This document shows positions 43,279 to 54,180 of a stretch of 64,000 nucleotides of DNA, piece after piece. Position numbers and translations under genes: made by a program. The first letter of the stretch is position 1. Each line of letters starts with the position of its first letter. The notes below the pieces were generated by a model. It worked only from the letters and a program-made list of their open reading frames with translations, made no database searches and had not been told where the DNA came from. Origin of the DNA: Mycobacterium sp. (GTDB lineage: Bacteria > Actinomycetota > Actinomycetes > Mycobacteriales > Mycobacteriaceae); the NCBI RefSeq assembly GCF_035274705.1, contig NZ_DATENY010000070.1, positions 1,288 to 65,287 on the forward strand, in the 5' to 3' direction.

Positions 43279-45738
43279 TCAAGCCTGCGGATACGGCGCG
43301 AAACGCTTGTTGAAGCCGCTCTTGCGAAGCGCCAGCTGCGCTTCCCGCTCCGCCGGCGTGACGAATTGGTCCGCCGGAATGATCGAGCCGAGTTGGTCGA
43401 TCGACACCACCTGCGAACTCACCGTCGGGCTGGCCGTCGAACTCGAGTCGAAATGCTGGAAACGGATCGAGATCGTGCCCTGGTTCAACCCACCGGTGGA
43501 CACCCAGTTGGCCACCTCGGGATCGGTCGGGGAGACCACGATCGTGTACGTCCCGTCGGCATTGGCGATGGCCTGGGCGTTGTTCAGGCTGGTCTGCTCG
43601 TCCCAGTAGTTGTCGGTGATCGTCCAGTCATTGGTCACCGGAACGCTGAAGTAGTCGGCATTTCCGGGGTCGATCGTCAGTACCAGTGCCTGCTGATCGG
43701 TCAACTGGAAGTACCCCACGCTTTGTAACTGCGTGGCGAGGAATGCCGCGTTGTGGGCCGGGTCGGTGAACTCATTGGGCGGCCGCAGCTGGCCGGTCTC
43801 GCTGTCGGTCGTGGCCAGTGCCATGTAATCCGGCACCTGCGGACCGATCAGCGTCACTGCCGCCGCTTCGATGGCCATCAGCAGCGGCGGCGACGACGCG
43901 AAGGCAGGGATGACCGAAACGAGGGACAGCAGTAGCGGATTGCCCGACACCAGCGGCCCGATCAACGGGATGTCCAACCCGCCGATCTGACTGAAGAAGC
44001 TGTCCGGCGGCCCGCCGACCCGTTCGACCGACAGGCTCATCGGATCCTGCGCGTTCCAGTCGGACAACGTATTGCGGGCAAGAATAAGCGTTGCGCCCGA
44101 GGGCAATTGGAGATGGTTTTCGCCGGGCACGCCGGGGCTGGAATCCAGCGTGATCGTGAACATACCGTCGGGCGCGACGATCAGATCCTTGCCGTTGAGA
44201 TTCGCCGCCGTCGCCCCGTTGAGGCCAGTGAGCACACTGAAGTTGGTGTCGGCCGGGATGGCGCCCGCGAAGCGGCCGGTGATCACATACGACGAGGCGT
44301 TGTTGACCGGGATGAACCGATAGATCGTGTCGGGGTTGTCGTAGACGATGCGTGTGCCGCCGACGGTCTGCCCGTACCACGTGTGCGGTGGCATGACCTG
44401 CTGCAGAACCTTGGGATTGTTGGGATCGAGCAGCAGCACCTCCATCGCCGCCTGACGGACGTACTCGTCAAGGGCCTTGTCGAGCTGCGCGAGATTTTCT
44501 TCGTCGGGGCCGCCGACCAACGCGAACTGCTGCTGCGCGGCGGCCAGCCACCTTGCCCTCAACACTTGCTTGGCCAGCCAGACGATGGGGTTGTTGACGA
44601 CCTGGTCGACCAGTTGCTCGGCGGCGAGCTGATCGGCGGTTGCCAGCGGACTGGTTGACGTCGCGCTGAGTGGGTTCACCAGGACTGTCACCCGCGTGGT
44701 CGCGGTGGAGCCGGCGTCGGGGGCAAGCAGGGTGTTCAGCCCGTGGATGTGGAACGGATTGCCGGGCACGTCGCTCGCGCTGACCGTGAAGGTGTCGGTG
44801 CCCCCGGCCGACGCCAGCGTGGCATTGGGGGTGTAGGTGAACGTGCCGTCCGCCTTGACCGCAACGGTGCCGCGCTGGGGCGCCGAGGTGACGGTGTAGG
44901 TCAACGTGTCCCCGTCGGCATCGCTCGCGTGCAGGTCGCCGCTGACCACCCCATCCACGGCTTGGCTGTTCTCTGTCGACTTGTACGCCATCGTCGGGGT
45001 CTGGTTGAACAGCGTGTATTCGACCTCGCGCCGCACCCAGCCCAGCACGGCCCACAGTGTGGGAGCTCCGGGAGGTGCCACCGGGTTGCTGCTCGCCTGC
45101 GGGCCGAGCCCAACCCAGGACAACAAACTGGAGACCAACCCGGTGACGATGCCGACAGGCGGGGGCGGCGTGCTGATCGACGGCGAAACCGGTTGAACCG
45201 GAGCCGAAGTCGTTTGGACTTGCATCCGCATCGTCGGCTCTGGTGACGAATTGGCGTGTGTTCCTGGACTTTCCGGCTCGGCCTCGGTGGTGGCCACCGT
45301 CCGGGTAACGGTTGTCTCGGACTTCAGCGCCGGTTTGCGATGTGGTGCGGTCGACGGTTGCTCACTGGTGTCGGACTTGTGCGAGGCCCCTTTCGGTTTC
45401 TCGCCTGTGACGGTGGTGTTGGCGCCGCCGGACGCCTGCACGACGCCCGATGGCGGATCGTCAGTCGATTCGGTCGTCGACGAACCTGCCGGCGTTTCCG
45501 GGGAGTTTGACGACGACGTTGTCGACGGCGTGGACGTCGACTCTGATGTGGAAGCCGCGGCCGGGCCCGCCTCAGCCGACGAGTCCGTCTGCGCCGATGT
45601 GCCCGTATCGGCCAGCGCGATCCCTGGGCTGTTGGCGATTGCCGCACCGAGTCCCATTGCGACCGCGAGTGCACCCACCCGGCCGATGTATTTGGCGCAG
45701 CCCGCGTCGGGCGCTCGATGAGACAAAAACCCCGACAT
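43279..45738 (-). CDS. large secreted protein: signal peptide, ~200-aa Ser/Thr/Pro-rich region, cadherin/Ig-like module, DUF1214-like C-terminus
   Basis: 819 aa. Signal peptide GRVGALAVAMGLGAAIANSPGIALA. Ig-like module VSGDLHASDADGDTLTYTVTSAPQRGTVAVKADGTFTYTPN...DTFTVSASD. The C-terminal ADGTYTIVVSPTDPEVANWVSTGG.NQGTISIRFQ resembles the DUF1214 end of the protein at 22739..24160. Confidence 0.75.
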   Translation of the reverse strand: MSGFLSHRAPDAGCAKYIGRVGALAVAMGLGAAIANSPGIALADTGTSAQTDSSAEAGPAAASTSESTSTPSTTSSSNSPETPAGSSTTESTDDPPSGVVQASGGANTTVTGEKPKGASHKSDTSEQPSTAPHRKPALKSETTVTRTVATTEAEPESPGTHANSSPEPTMRMQVQTTSAPVQPVSPSISTPPPPVGIVTGLVSSLLSWVGLGPQASSNPVAPPGAPTLWAVLGWVRREVEYTLFNQTPTMAYKSTENSQAVDGVVSGDLHASDADGDTLTYTVTSAPQRGTVAVKADGTFTYTPNATLASAGGTDTFTVSASDVPGNPFHIHGLNTLLAPDAGSTATTRVTVLVNPLSATSTSPLATADQLAAEQLVDQVVNNPIVWLAKQVLRARWLAAAQQQFALVGGPDEENLAQLDKALDEYVRQAAMEVLLLDPNNPKVLQQVMPPHTWYGQTVGGTRIVYDNPDTIYRFIPVNNASSYVITGRFAGAIPADTNFSVLTGLNGATAANLNGKDLIVAPDGMFTITLDSSPGVPGENHLQLPSGATLILARNTLSDWNAQDPMSLSVERVGGPPDSFFSQIGGLDIPLIGPLVSGNPLLLSLVSVIPAFASSPPLLMAIEAAAVTLIGPQVPDYMALATTDSETGQLRPPNEFTDPAHNAAFLATQLQSVGYFQLTDQQALVLTIDPGNADYFSVPVTNDWTITDNYWDEQTSLNNAQAIANADGTYTIVVSPTDPEVANWVSTGGLNQGTISIRFQHFDSSSTASPTVSSQVVSIDQLGSIIPADQFVTPAEREAQLALRKSGFNKRFAPYPQA

Positions 45739-45824
45739 GTCTTATGCCTACGACAATGAGCGTTATATGTCAATGATCGTGCCGGACCGCCCCGCGCAGC
45801 GACCCGCGGATAGGGTTGGCACTT

Positions 45825-47093
45825 GTGCGCGTCCTGGTTATCGGATCCGGAGCCCGTGAACATGCAATGCTGCTGGCGTTGCACCGAGACCCGGAGGTCG
45901 AGGAGTTAGCCGTCGCACCGGGTAACGCGGGAACGGCGATCATCGCCGATCAATACGACGTCGACATCACCTCGGGTGAGGCTGTCGCGCAGCTGGCCAA
46001 ACGCATCGGCGCCGACCTCGTGGTCGTCGGGCCCGAGGTGCCGCTGGTGCTCGGCGTGGCCGACGCCGTGCGTGACGCCGGCATCGCCTGCTTCGGGCCG
46101 ACGAAGGACGCGGCGCGTATCGAAGGGTCGAAGTCGTTCGCCAAGGACGTGATGGCCGCGGCGGGTGTGCGAACCGCGACGAGCGAGATCGTCGACAACC
46201 CGGCGCACCTGGACGCGGCGCTCGACCGGTTCGGGCCGCCAGCCGGCGATCCGGCCTGGGTGGTCAAGGACGACGGCTTGGCCGCTGGCAAGGGTGTGGT
46301 GGTGACCGCCGACCGCGACGCGGCACGGGCACATGCCGCCAGCCTGCTCGACGCCGGCCATCCGGTGCTGCTCGAATCGTTCCTCGACGGGCCCGAGGTG
46401 TCGCTGTTCAGCATCGTCGACGGCGAAACGGTCGTGCCCCTGCTGGCTGCGCAGGATTTCAAGCGCGTCGGCGACAACGACACCGGACCCAATACGGGAG
46501 GCATGGGCGCCTATGCGCCGCTGCCGTGGCTGCCCGACGAGGTGGCCACCAAAATCGTCGACGAGATCATCAAACCCGTTGCCGCCGAACTGGTTAAGCG
46601 AGGCAGCTCCTTTTCGGGCCTGCTCTACGCCGGGCTGGCGATCACCTCGCGAGGTCCGGCGGTCGTCGAATTCAATTGCCGTTTCGGCGATCCCGAGACG
46701 CAGTCAGTGCTGGCACTGCTGGAAACCCCACTCGGGCAGCTGCTGCGCGCCGCCGCGACCGGTGAGCTGGCCGGGCAGCCGGCGCTGCAATGGCGCGACG
46801 GCGCCGCGGTGACGGTGGTGCTTGCCGCGGAGAACTATCCGGGCCGGCCGCGGGTGGGCGACGTCATCCACGGCGCCGAAGCCGACGGCGTGCTTCACGC
46901 CGGTACCGCACGCCGCGACGACGGCGCGGTCGTATCGTCGGGCGGCAGGGTGCTGTCCGTCGTCGGCACGGGTCAAGACCTAACGGCCGCACGGGAGGCC
47001 GCCTACACGCTGATGAAGTCGATCCGCTTGCCCGGCAGCCATTTTCGCAGCGACATTGGGCTGTCAGCGGCCGAGGGGCGCATCAAGCTCTAG
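45825..47093 (+). CDS. purD: phosphoribosylamine-glycine ligase PurD
   Basis: ORF 45816..47093. Start probably GTG 45825 ([15 protein letters not shown]). ATP-grasp. Confidence 0.92.
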   Translation: MRVLVIGSGAREHAMLLALHRDPEVEELAVAPGNAGTAIIADQYDVDITSGEAVAQLAKRIGADLVVVGPEVPLVLGVADAVRDAGIACFGPTKDAARIEGSKSFAKDVMAAAGVRTATSEIVDNPAHLDAALDRFGPPAGDPAWVVKDDGLAAGKGVVVTADRDAARAHAASLLDAGHPVLLESFLDGPEVSLFSIVDGETVVPLLAAQDFKRVGDNDTGPNTGGMGAYAPLPWLPDEVATKIVDEIIKPVAAELVKRGSSFSGLLYAGLAITSRGPAVVEFNCRFGDPETQSVLALLETPLGQLLRAAATGELAGQPALQWRDGAAVTVVLAAENYPGRPRVGDVIHGAEADGVLHAGTARRDDGAVVSSGGRVLSVVGTGQDLTAAREAAYTLMKSIRLPGSHFRSDIGLSAAEGRIKL

Positions 47094-47156
47094 GTCCGGC
47101 GGGCAGGAGCGGTGGGGGCGCCTCCCGCGCGAAGCGCAGGGGGACGACTCGGGGAT

Positions 47157-48065
47157 CTACCCCGTCAGCAGCGGAGCCATCCAGGCGATCTCGGCAGGCA
47201 GCTGCGAACTCCAGAACGCGCCGTCGTGGCCGCCGGGGGAGAAGCCGCCGGCGGGCGGGTTGGGCAGTTGGCCGATGAACTGCTTGGTCGCCGAATAGAA
47301 CGGATCGCTGTTGCCGCAATCGATTCGGATCGGAATGGACGCCAGTTGGGGCAGTCCCCAGACGGAGTTGGCGGCGTAGTCGTCTGCGCCGTCGAATGCG
47401 CCGGGAGCAGCCCCGCCGGACGACGTCCACAGTGCCGGACTCACCGCGCAGATCGCCGCGGTGCGGGCGGGACCAAGGCGGGCGCCGAGCAGCAGAGCCC
47501 CATAGCCGCCCATCGACCATCCGAGAAACCCCACGCGTGACGTGTCCAATCCCTGCGAGCCAAGCATCGGGATCAATTCGTTGAGCACCATGGCGCCAGA
47601 GTCCTCACCGGACGCGCGCTTGTGCCAGTAGCCTCCGCCGCCGTCGACGGCAACGACGGCGAACGGCGGAATGCCTGCGCCGACGGCTTGCGCCAACCCG
47701 TTCTCCACGCCGCCGGCCATGACGCCCGCAGCATCCTGACCCTTGCCGTGCAGCGCGATGACTGGATGCAGAGGGGCGGTTTGACCCGGCGGCCGGGCGA
47801 TCGCCCAATTCGTTGTGACGCCGCCGCGCGCCGCGGACACGAACGAGCCCTCGATGTATGTCGGTGTCGCCGCTGCCGGCGGGGGTTCAAGTGGCGGGGG
47901 CGGAGCCAGCGGCGCGCCGGCACTCGTCATCGCCACCGACGGGCTGGCAGTGCTTGGCTCGCGCAGCGACGTGCCGAGCGCGAAAGCGCCGGCGGCCCCT
48001 GCGGCCGCGCCGACACCGAGACGCAGAATCGCGCGGCGGGTCAGTTCGGGCATGCCGGCCATCAT
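47157..48065 (-). CDS. Tat-exported alpha/beta-hydrolase esterase (Rv0774c-like)
   Basis: 302 aa. Twin-arginine signal ELTRRAILRLGVGAAAGAAGAFA. Nucleophile GWSMGG. Confidence 0.8.
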   Translation of the reverse strand: MMAGMPELTRRAILRLGVGAAAGAAGAFALGTSLREPSTASPSVAMTSAGAPLAPPPPLEPPPAAATPTYIEGSFVSAARGGVTTNWAIARPPGQTAPLHPVIALHGKGQDAAGVMAGGVENGLAQAVGAGIPPFAVVAVDGGGGYWHKRASGEDSGAMVLNELIPMLGSQGLDTSRVGFLGWSMGGYGALLLGARLGPARTAAICAVSPALWTSSGGAAPGAFDGADDYAANSVWGLPQLASIPIRIDCGNSDPFYSATKQFIGQLPNPPAGGFSPGGHDGAFWSSQLPAEIAWMAPLLTG

Positions 48066-48146
48066 GCCATCGGCCGCTTGCCCGCCTGTCGTCGACTTGT
48101 CTGAGTAAAGCCTGATGATTGGCCGAAAGCGCGATGCCGCAACCCC

Positions 48147-48788
48147 GTGACTGGCAGAGTGCTAGACGTGACGGCAGCAGTCACTCCCAAGGGAGAACGT
48201 CGGCGGTATGCGCTGGTCAGCGCGGCCGCTGATCTCCTGTGCGAAGGCGGGTTCGATGCCGTGCGGCACCGCGCAGTTGCCCGTCGTGCCGGGCTGCCGC
48301 TGGCGTCGACGACGTACTACTTCTCCTCGCTCGAGGACCTGACCGCAAAGGCCGTCGAGCATGCGGGCGCGCGCGAGGCCGAGCAGCTGCGCGCGCGGGT
48401 GGCCGCGCTGTCGCGCCGGCGCAGGGGTGCAGAGTCCACGGCCGACGTCTTGGTCGACCTGTTGGTCGGTGAGGCGACCGGGCTGCGCGTCACCGAGCAG
48501 TTGATCTCGCGCTACGAGCGCTACATCGCGTGTGCGCGCCAGCCGGGGCTGCGCGATATCGAGCGGCGCATTCTGCAGCAGCGCACCGACGCGGTGGTCG
48601 AGGTCGTCGAGCGGTCCGGCCGTTCGGTGCGCGCCGAACTGCTCACGGCGCTGGTCTGCGCGGTCGACGGTGCGGTAGTGGCCGCACTGGTCGGCGACGG
48701 CGACGGACCGCGGGCATCGGCCCGTGCGACGTTGATTGATGTGATCGACGTGCTCGCGCCCTTCGACGACAGCGTGGTGCGCGTCTAA
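48147..48788 (+). CDS. TetR-family transcriptional regulator (Rv0775-like)
   Basis: 213 aa. FDAVRHRAVARRAGLPLASTTYYFSS. Confidence 0.8.
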   Translation: MTGRVLDVTAAVTPKGERRRYALVSAAADLLCEGGFDAVRHRAVARRAGLPLASTTYYFSSLEDLTAKAVEHAGAREAEQLRARVAALSRRRRGAESTADVLVDLLVGEATGLRVTEQLISRYERYIACARQPGLRDIERRILQQRTDAVVEVVERSGRSVRAELLTALVCAVDGAVVAALVGDGDGPRASARATLIDVIDVLAPFDDSVVRV

Positions 48789-48798
48789 CTCGAAGGGT

Positions 48799-49656
48799 TC
48801 AACCGCCCAGCTGTCTACGGATCACGATGATCTCGCGCTGTGCCCTCTCGATCAGTGCCTGAACCTGTTCGAGGCGCGCAAGGACATCGTCGGAATCGGT
48901 TTGTTGTGCCGGGCGGCGCCGCGGTGTGGGTGCGAGATCGCCCGGCAGCGTCGGCGTGATGATGTAGCCCGACGCGAAGTCGCCGTAGGTCGTCACGTCG
49001 TCCGGCCGGTGAAACCGGTAGAGCGCGACGTAGGCACACATCACGGCGTCGACGGGATCCTCGTCCCTGTCGAGCTGCACCTGTCTCGTCGCGGCTGCGA
49101 TCCTGTTTCGCAGCTCCACCCAGGCCACGTTGTGGTTCACGCGCAGCCGTGGCGTCGCCTTGTCGAGGCCTTCGATCAACGTCATCAACTGCAGGAGTTC
49201 GCGCCTGCGGTCCTCGACCTCACCCTTCTTGTACTTCAGGATCTTCGGGAGACGGAACAACGCCACCGTCGCCGGGTGCGGAAAGACCTCGATGGCCCGC
49301 CGCTTCGACCGGGACTCCGGGTCCATGTCCAGGTCCAGCCGACCGCAGAGCACCGCCGCGCGCGGCGGATCGAACAACGGGTTGGTCTTGTTGGCGGAAT
49401 GGGCACCCGCATCGAACCGCGAGAAGTCCTTGCCCAACTCGATCTCCGCGATCCGGCGGCCTTCTACGTTGGGCACGATCAGCGGGGCGTCGATGGCAAC
49501 CAGGCATTCGTCGCCGACGTAGGGAGCGATCGCGGCCTCGATGCTGGCGTCGTCATGCTCGGCACCGACGTGCAGCAGGCGGCCGCCAGAATCGATAACC
49601 GCGACGCCGGTGTGGTTTTTCTCGCCCCATGCAAGATCGAGTCCAACGAAGTACAT
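48799..49656 (-). CDS. DUF429-family protein (predicted RNase H-like fold; Rv0776c-like)
   Basis: ORF 48799..49674, trimmed to MYFVGLDLAWGEKNHTGVAV...AIDAPLIVPN. Confidence 0.7.
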   Translation of the reverse strand: MYFVGLDLAWGEKNHTGVAVIDSGGRLLHVGAEHDDASIEAAIAPYVGDECLVAIDAPLIVPNVEGRRIAEIELGKDFSRFDAGAHSANKTNPLFDPPRAAVLCGRLDLDMDPESRSKRRAIEVFPHPATVALFRLPKILKYKKGEVEDRRRELLQLMTLIEGLDKATPRLRVNHNVAWVELRNRIAAATRQVQLDRDEDPVDAVMCAYVALYRFHRPDDVTTYGDFASGYIITPTLPGDLAPTPRRRPAQQTDSDDVLARLEQVQALIERAQREIIVIRRQLGG

Positions 49657-49696
49657 AGGCCTAGCCTGCCGCACCCGCGCCGTAAGCTGTGTGTCT

Positions 49697-51124
49697 GTGA
49701 CGATCCCTAATGTGCTGGCCAGCCGCTATGCCAGCGACGAGATGGTGGCGATCTGGTCGCCCGAGGCCAAGGTCGTCGCCGAACGCCGGCTGTGGTTGGC
49801 GGTGCTACGGGCGCAATCCGAATTGGGCATAGAGGGCGCAGTCGTGCCTTCCTCAGTTCTCGAAGACTACGAGCGGGTTTTGGACGACGTCGACCTGTCC
49901 TCGATCGCGGCGCGCGAGCGGGTGCTGCGTCACGACGTCAAGGCGCGCATCGAGGAGTTCAACGCGCTGGCCGGCCACGAGCATGTGCACAAGGGCATGA
50001 CGAGCCGTGACCTCACCGAAAACGTTGAGCAGCTGCAGATCCGCCGATCGCTGGAGCTCGTTTTTGCGCATGGTGTGGCCGTCGTGGCGCGGCTTGCCGA
50101 GAAGGCGATCAGCTACCGCGACCTCACGATGGCGGGCCGCAGCCACAACGTCGCCGCGCAGGCCACCACGTTGGGCAAGCGCTTCGCGTCGGCTGCCGAG
50201 GAGTTGCTGCTTGCGCTGGAGCGACTTCGGGGGCTGATCGACCGATACCCGCTGCGCGGTATCAAGGGGCCGATGGGCACCGCACAGGACATGCTCGATC
50301 TGTTCGACGGCGACGTCTCGCGGCTCGCGGAGTTGGAGCGCCGGATCGCCGAATTCCTCGGCTTCACAGAGGTATTCACGTCCGTCGGTCAGGTCTATCC
50401 ACGTTCGCTGGACCATGACGTGGTATCTGCGCTCGTTCAGGTCGGCGCCGGGCCGTCGTCGTTGGCGCACAGCATCCGGTTGATGGCAGGCCACGAGTTG
50501 GTGACCGAGGGTTTCGCGCCCGGGCAGGTCGGTTCGTCGGCGATGCCGCACAAGATGAACACGCGCTCGTGTGAGCGGGTCAACGGGTTGCAGGTCGTGC
50601 TGCGCGGATACGCGTCGATGGCGGCGGAGTTGGCGGGCGCGCAGTGGAACGAGGGCGACGTGTTCTGCTCGGTTGTGCGTCGCGTGGCGCTGCCCGACGC
50701 GTTCTTCGCTCTGGACGGTCAGATCGAGACGTTCCTGACGGTGCTCGACGAGTTCGGTGCCTACCCGGCGGTGATTCAGCGTGAACTCGACCGCTATCTG
50801 CCGTTCCTCGCCACGACGCGGATCCTGATCGCTGCGGTGCGGGCGGGGATGGGCCGCGAAGCGGCGCACGAGGTCATCAAGGAGCACGCCGTGGCGGTGG
50901 CGTTGGCGATGCGTGAGAAGGGCGTGGAGCCGGATCTGCTCGACCGGTTGGCCGCCGATCCGCGGCTGCCGCTGGATCGGCCGGCGTTGGATGCGGCTTT
51001 ATCGGATAAGCAGGCATTCACGGGCGCGGCGGGTTCTCAGGTCGACCGCGTCGTCGACGCGGTGGACGAACTGGTGAGCCGCTACCCCGAGGCGGCGAAG
51101 TACACCTCGGGTGCGATCCTGTGA
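49697..51124 (+). CDS. purB: adenylosuccinate lyase PurB
   Basis: Start at GTG 49697 ([27 protein letters not shown], same N-terminus as Mtb PurB) within ORF 49541..51124. [10 protein letters not shown] signature. Confidence 0.92.
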   Translation: MTIPNVLASRYASDEMVAIWSPEAKVVAERRLWLAVLRAQSELGIEGAVVPSSVLEDYERVLDDVDLSSIAARERVLRHDVKARIEEFNALAGHEHVHKGMTSRDLTENVEQLQIRRSLELVFAHGVAVVARLAEKAISYRDLTMAGRSHNVAAQATTLGKRFASAAEELLLALERLRGLIDRYPLRGIKGPMGTAQDMLDLFDGDVSRLAELERRIAEFLGFTEVFTSVGQVYPRSLDHDVVSALVQVGAGPSSLAHSIRLMAGHELVTEGFAPGQVGSSAMPHKMNTRSCERVNGLQVVLRGYASMAAELAGAQWNEGDVFCSVVRRVALPDAFFALDGQIETFLTVLDEFGAYPAVIQRELDRYLPFLATTRILIAAVRAGMGREAAHEVIKEHAVAVALAMREKGVEPDLLDRLAADPRLPLDRPALDAALSDKQAFTGAAGSQVDRVVDAVDELVSRYPEAAKYTSGAIL

Positions 51125-52359
51125 CTTCGTTGTCGCAGATCGACTTCGCCGATCTCGACAACTTTGCTTCTGGCTTTCCGCATGACTTGTTCGCGGTGCA
51201 TCGTCGTGAGGCGCCGGTGTACTGGCATGCGCCGACGGAGAACACTCCGGACGGTGAGGGTTTCTGGTCGGTGGCGTCGTATGCGGAAACCCTTGCGGTT
51301 TTTCGTGATCCACAGACGTACTCGTCGGTGACCGGCGGCTCGCGGCCGTGTGGTGGCACGCTGCTGCAGGATCTGTCGATCGCCGGTCAGGTGCTCAACA
51401 TGATGGACGACCCGCGGCACTCGCAGATCCGTCGCTTGGTCAGTTCGGGCCTGACGCCACGGATGATCCGTCGCGTGGAGGACGATCTGCGTGCGCGGGC
51501 GCGGGGCTTGTTAGACGCCGTGGCGCCGGGGGAGCCCTTCGATTTCCTCGTCGACATCGCCGCCGAACTGCCGATGCAGATGATCTGCATCCTGTTGGGA
51601 GTGCCGGAGTCCGAACGACATTGGTTGTTCCACGCGATCGAGCCGCAGTTCGATTTCGGCGGCTCACGCAAGGCGGCCCTCGGGCAGATGACGGTCGAGG
51701 ACGCCGGGTCGCGGATGTACTCCTATGGCCAGGAGTTGATCGCGTCGAAGCGTGTTTCGCCGACCGACGACATGCTGTCCGTCGTGGCCAACGCCACCGT
51801 CGAGGATGGCGATTTGTCCGCGTCCCTCCTTTCGGAATTGGAGCTCTATCTGTTCTTCAGCCTTCTGTTCAGTGCGGGCGCGGAGACGACCCGCAATGCC
51901 GTTGCTGGTGGACTGCTGGCGTTGGCCGAGAATCCGTCGCAGCTCGAGGCGCTGCGCTCCGATCTTGCGTTGCTGCCCACGGCCGTCGAGGAGATGGTGC
52001 GGTGGACGTCGCCGTCGCCGTCCAAACGGCGCACCGCCACGCGCGACGTCGAGTTGGGCGGATGCGCGATCGAGGCAGGCCAGAAGGTGCAGATCTGGGA
52101 GGGCTCGGCGAACCGAGACCCGGCGGTGTTCGCTGATGCTGATTCGTTCGACGTTGCGCGTAAACCCAATCCGCACTTGGGCTTTGGACAGGGTGTGCAC
52201 TACTGCCTTGGTGCGAACTTGGCTCGGCTGGAGTTGCGGGTGCTGTACGAGGAGATGCTGAGCCGGTTTGCGTCGGTGCAGGTGGTCAAGCCGGTCGAGT
52301 GGACTCGTAGCAATCGTCATACCGGCATCCGCCATTTGGTGGTCGAGCTGCGGTCGTGA
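51121..52359 (+). CDS. cyp126: cytochrome P450 CYP126
   Basis: 412 aa. 4-nt overlap with pur[24 protein letters not shown]. Rv0778 position. Confidence 0.88.
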   Translation: MTSLSQIDFADLDNFASGFPHDLFAVHRREAPVYWHAPTENTPDGEGFWSVASYAETLAVFRDPQTYSSVTGGSRPCGGTLLQDLSIAGQVLNMMDDPRHSQIRRLVSSGLTPRMIRRVEDDLRARARGLLDAVAPGEPFDFLVDIAAELPMQMICILLGVPESERHWLFHAIEPQFDFGGSRKAALGQMTVEDAGSRMYSYGQELIASKRVSPTDDMLSVVANATVEDGDLSASLLSELELYLFFSLLFSAGAETTRNAVAGGLLALAENPSQLEALRSDLALLPTAVEEMVRWTSPSPSKRRTATRDVELGGCAIEAGQKVQIWEGSANRDPAVFADADSFDVARKPNPHLGFGQGVHYCLGANLARLELRVLYEEMLSRFASVQVVKPVEWTRSNRHTGIRHLVVELRS

Positions 52360-53237
52360 AGCCCGATGCGTTCGCGGCGGTCATGGCGACCGGCATCGTG
52401 TCTATCGCAGCGGCCGACCACGGGTATCGCGTCGTCAGCCAGATCCTTTTGGTTGTAGCGGCGGTCGCGCTGCCTGTACTTGTCGTCATGGTAGCCACGT
52501 CGTGGCGCCAAGAGTCTTGGGACATCACCGATCTCGACGTGGCGCTGGGGCTGTTCACATATGTGGCGGCGTGCGCGGTGCTCGCGGCACGACTGGCCGA
52601 GTATCACATTGCGCTACTAGTGCTCATGGGCATGGCGTTGCAGGGTTGGCTGTCGCTGGCGCCGGTGGTGGTTAGGCGGATGTGGCGCGACCGCGCGGGT
52701 CTGTGTGCGCGTGCGCATGGCGGCTGGGAGCTGGCGAGCGTTGCGATGTCCGGATTGGCCATCGTGTCAGCCGATTTGAAGATCGTCTTCCTTGCGATGC
52801 TGTTCTGGGCGTTGGCCATCTGCGTGTATCTGTTGATCACGGGACTGGTTGTCTGGCGGGCTGTGCACGACCCCTTGGCTCCGGAGTTGGCGCGGCCGGA
52901 TATGTGGATACTCATGGGCGGCGCGGCGATCGCGACGCTCGCGGGTGATCACATCGACAAGGCTGGGCTCGAAGGCATTTGGCCGGTGACTGTGGTGACG
53001 TGGATCGTTGCGACGGCGTGGATTCCGCCGTTGGTTTACGTCGCGGTGCGACGACGTGTCGGCATCTCGTGGCCGGCGGTGTTCCCGCTGGGGATGTACT
53101 CGTCGGCGACGTTCGCGATGTTCGTCGAAACCCGTTGGCGGTGGTTCACGACTGTGTCGCTGGTGTTCTTGTGGATCGCGTTGGCGGCATGGGTGTGGGT
53201 CACCGCGACCCAATCGCGAACTTTATCTCGGCGATAA
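52356..53237 (+). CDS. polytopic membrane protein, TehA/TDT (tellurite-resistance/dicarboxylate transporter)-like
   Basis: 293 aa. About 9-10 hydrophobic helices. GTGA overlap with the cyp126 stop. The family call is tentative. Confidence 0.55.
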   Translation: MKPDAFAAVMATGIVSIAAADHGYRVVSQILLVVAAVALPVLVVMVATSWRQESWDITDLDVALGLFTYVAACAVLAARLAEYHIALLVLMGMALQGWLSLAPVVVRRMWRDRAGLCARAHGGWELASVAMSGLAIVSADLKIVFLAMLFWALAICVYLLITGLVVWRAVHDPLAPELARPDMWILMGGAAIATLAGDHIDKAGLEGIWPVTVVTWIVATAWIPPLVYVAVRRRVGISWPAVFPLGMYSSATFAMFVETRWRWFTTVSLVFLWIALAAWVWVTATQSRTLSRR

Positions 53238-54117
53238 CCCGCTCTGGATACTCGGTCAAGTCAAGCCATGTGAACCGCAATACCTGCCAGCCGAGCAGCG
53301 CGATCTTGTTCTGTCGTTCGCGGTCGTTTTGGAAGTCTTCCTGGCTGCTATGGAAGGCCCACCCGTCGGTCTCGATGGCGACCTTCTGCTTAGGGAAACC
53401 CACGTCGACCTTGTAACCGCCCACGGGGTAGTTGGTTTTCCATCCGGTGATGCCGTTCTCGCGAAGCAGTTTGACCAACAGCCGTTCGGCTTCCGAACGC
53501 GCACCGTCGGATGCGGCTTGCAACAGGCGCCTCGCGGCTGGTGAGCCGTGGCGGCCCTTGTTGCGTAGGTGCGCACGCCATAGTTGTTCCAGCTCGACAC
53601 GGCGCTGCAGTGCGGAGTCCATCAGTTTGGCTCCGCCGCCACGCCGTACCGCGGCCTCGACGACCGTCAGTGGCAACGCCGTCACTCGTAACCAGTTGCG
53701 CTCGACGATGTCCTTCGGATCCAGATCCCGACGCCGCAGCCGGGTTCCTGGTCGTTTCGGATGGTGTGTCGTTCGAGGAACAGTGACTTCGACGACTTTG
53801 GGGGCGAATTTGGTGAGACCGTGCCACCACGCAGCAGCCAAGCCGCTAGCAGTCGCTTGTGTACCGAAAGCCCATACGGCAGCACGAACGCGTGCTGCCT
53901 CAGTAAACGGTCGATCGTCAACGAAATAAACGCCAGGCGAGCAGCGCTGCCAGTGGCCGTTTCGCTCTCGACGGTTCACTGCATGCCGGGACAGGCCACA
54001 TCGTATGGCTTGAGCAAGCGTGATTACGCCGTCATTGCGACGCAAATAGTCATCGAGCACCCACAATGGATGGTCAGCGACCCCGAAACGGTTCCCCAGC
54101 CCGCGACTTCGGAGCAT
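53200..54117 (-). CDS. DUF559 endonuclease-like protein with AbiEi-like N-terminal wHTH
   Basis: 305 aa. N-terminus GVITLAQAIRCGLSRHAVNRRERNG. C-terminus YKVDVGFPKQKVAIETDGWAFHSS...RQNKIALLGWQVLRFTW (Vsr/DUF559 pattern). Confidence 0.8.
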   Translation of the reverse strand: MLRSRGLGNRFGVADHPLWVLDDYLRRNDGVITLAQAIRCGLSRHAVNRRERNGHWQRCSPGVYFVDDRPFTEAARVRAAVWAFGTQATASGLAAAWWHGLTKFAPKVVEVTVPRTTHHPKRPGTRLRRRDLDPKDIVERNWLRVTALPLTVVEAAVRRGGGAKLMDSALQRRVELEQLWRAHLRNKGRHGSPAARRLLQAASDGARSEAERLLVKLLRENGITGWKTNYPVGGYKVDVGFPKQKVAIETDGWAFHSSQEDFQNDRERQNKIALLGWQVLRFTWLDLTEYPERVIAEIKFAIGSR

Positions 54118-54180
54118 TCAGGAGCGGTCAGCGCTCCGAAACGCACACAAATCGCGGGCGGACGGGCGGGGCTGGGCGAG

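Noticed and set aside
45739-45824. A possible purine-responsive regulatory RNA or riboswitch upstream of purD, and likewise upstream of purB and purC.
   Set aside because: The intergenic regions are short (40-86 nt). I see no conserved riboswitch-like helices and none that I can match to a known purine or ZTP element.
47094-47156. A GC-rich imperfect palindrome between the convergent purD and esterase genes, considered as a bidirectional terminator.
   Set aside because: The stem is interrupted and I could not fold a convincing hairpin by hand, so it is left unannotated.
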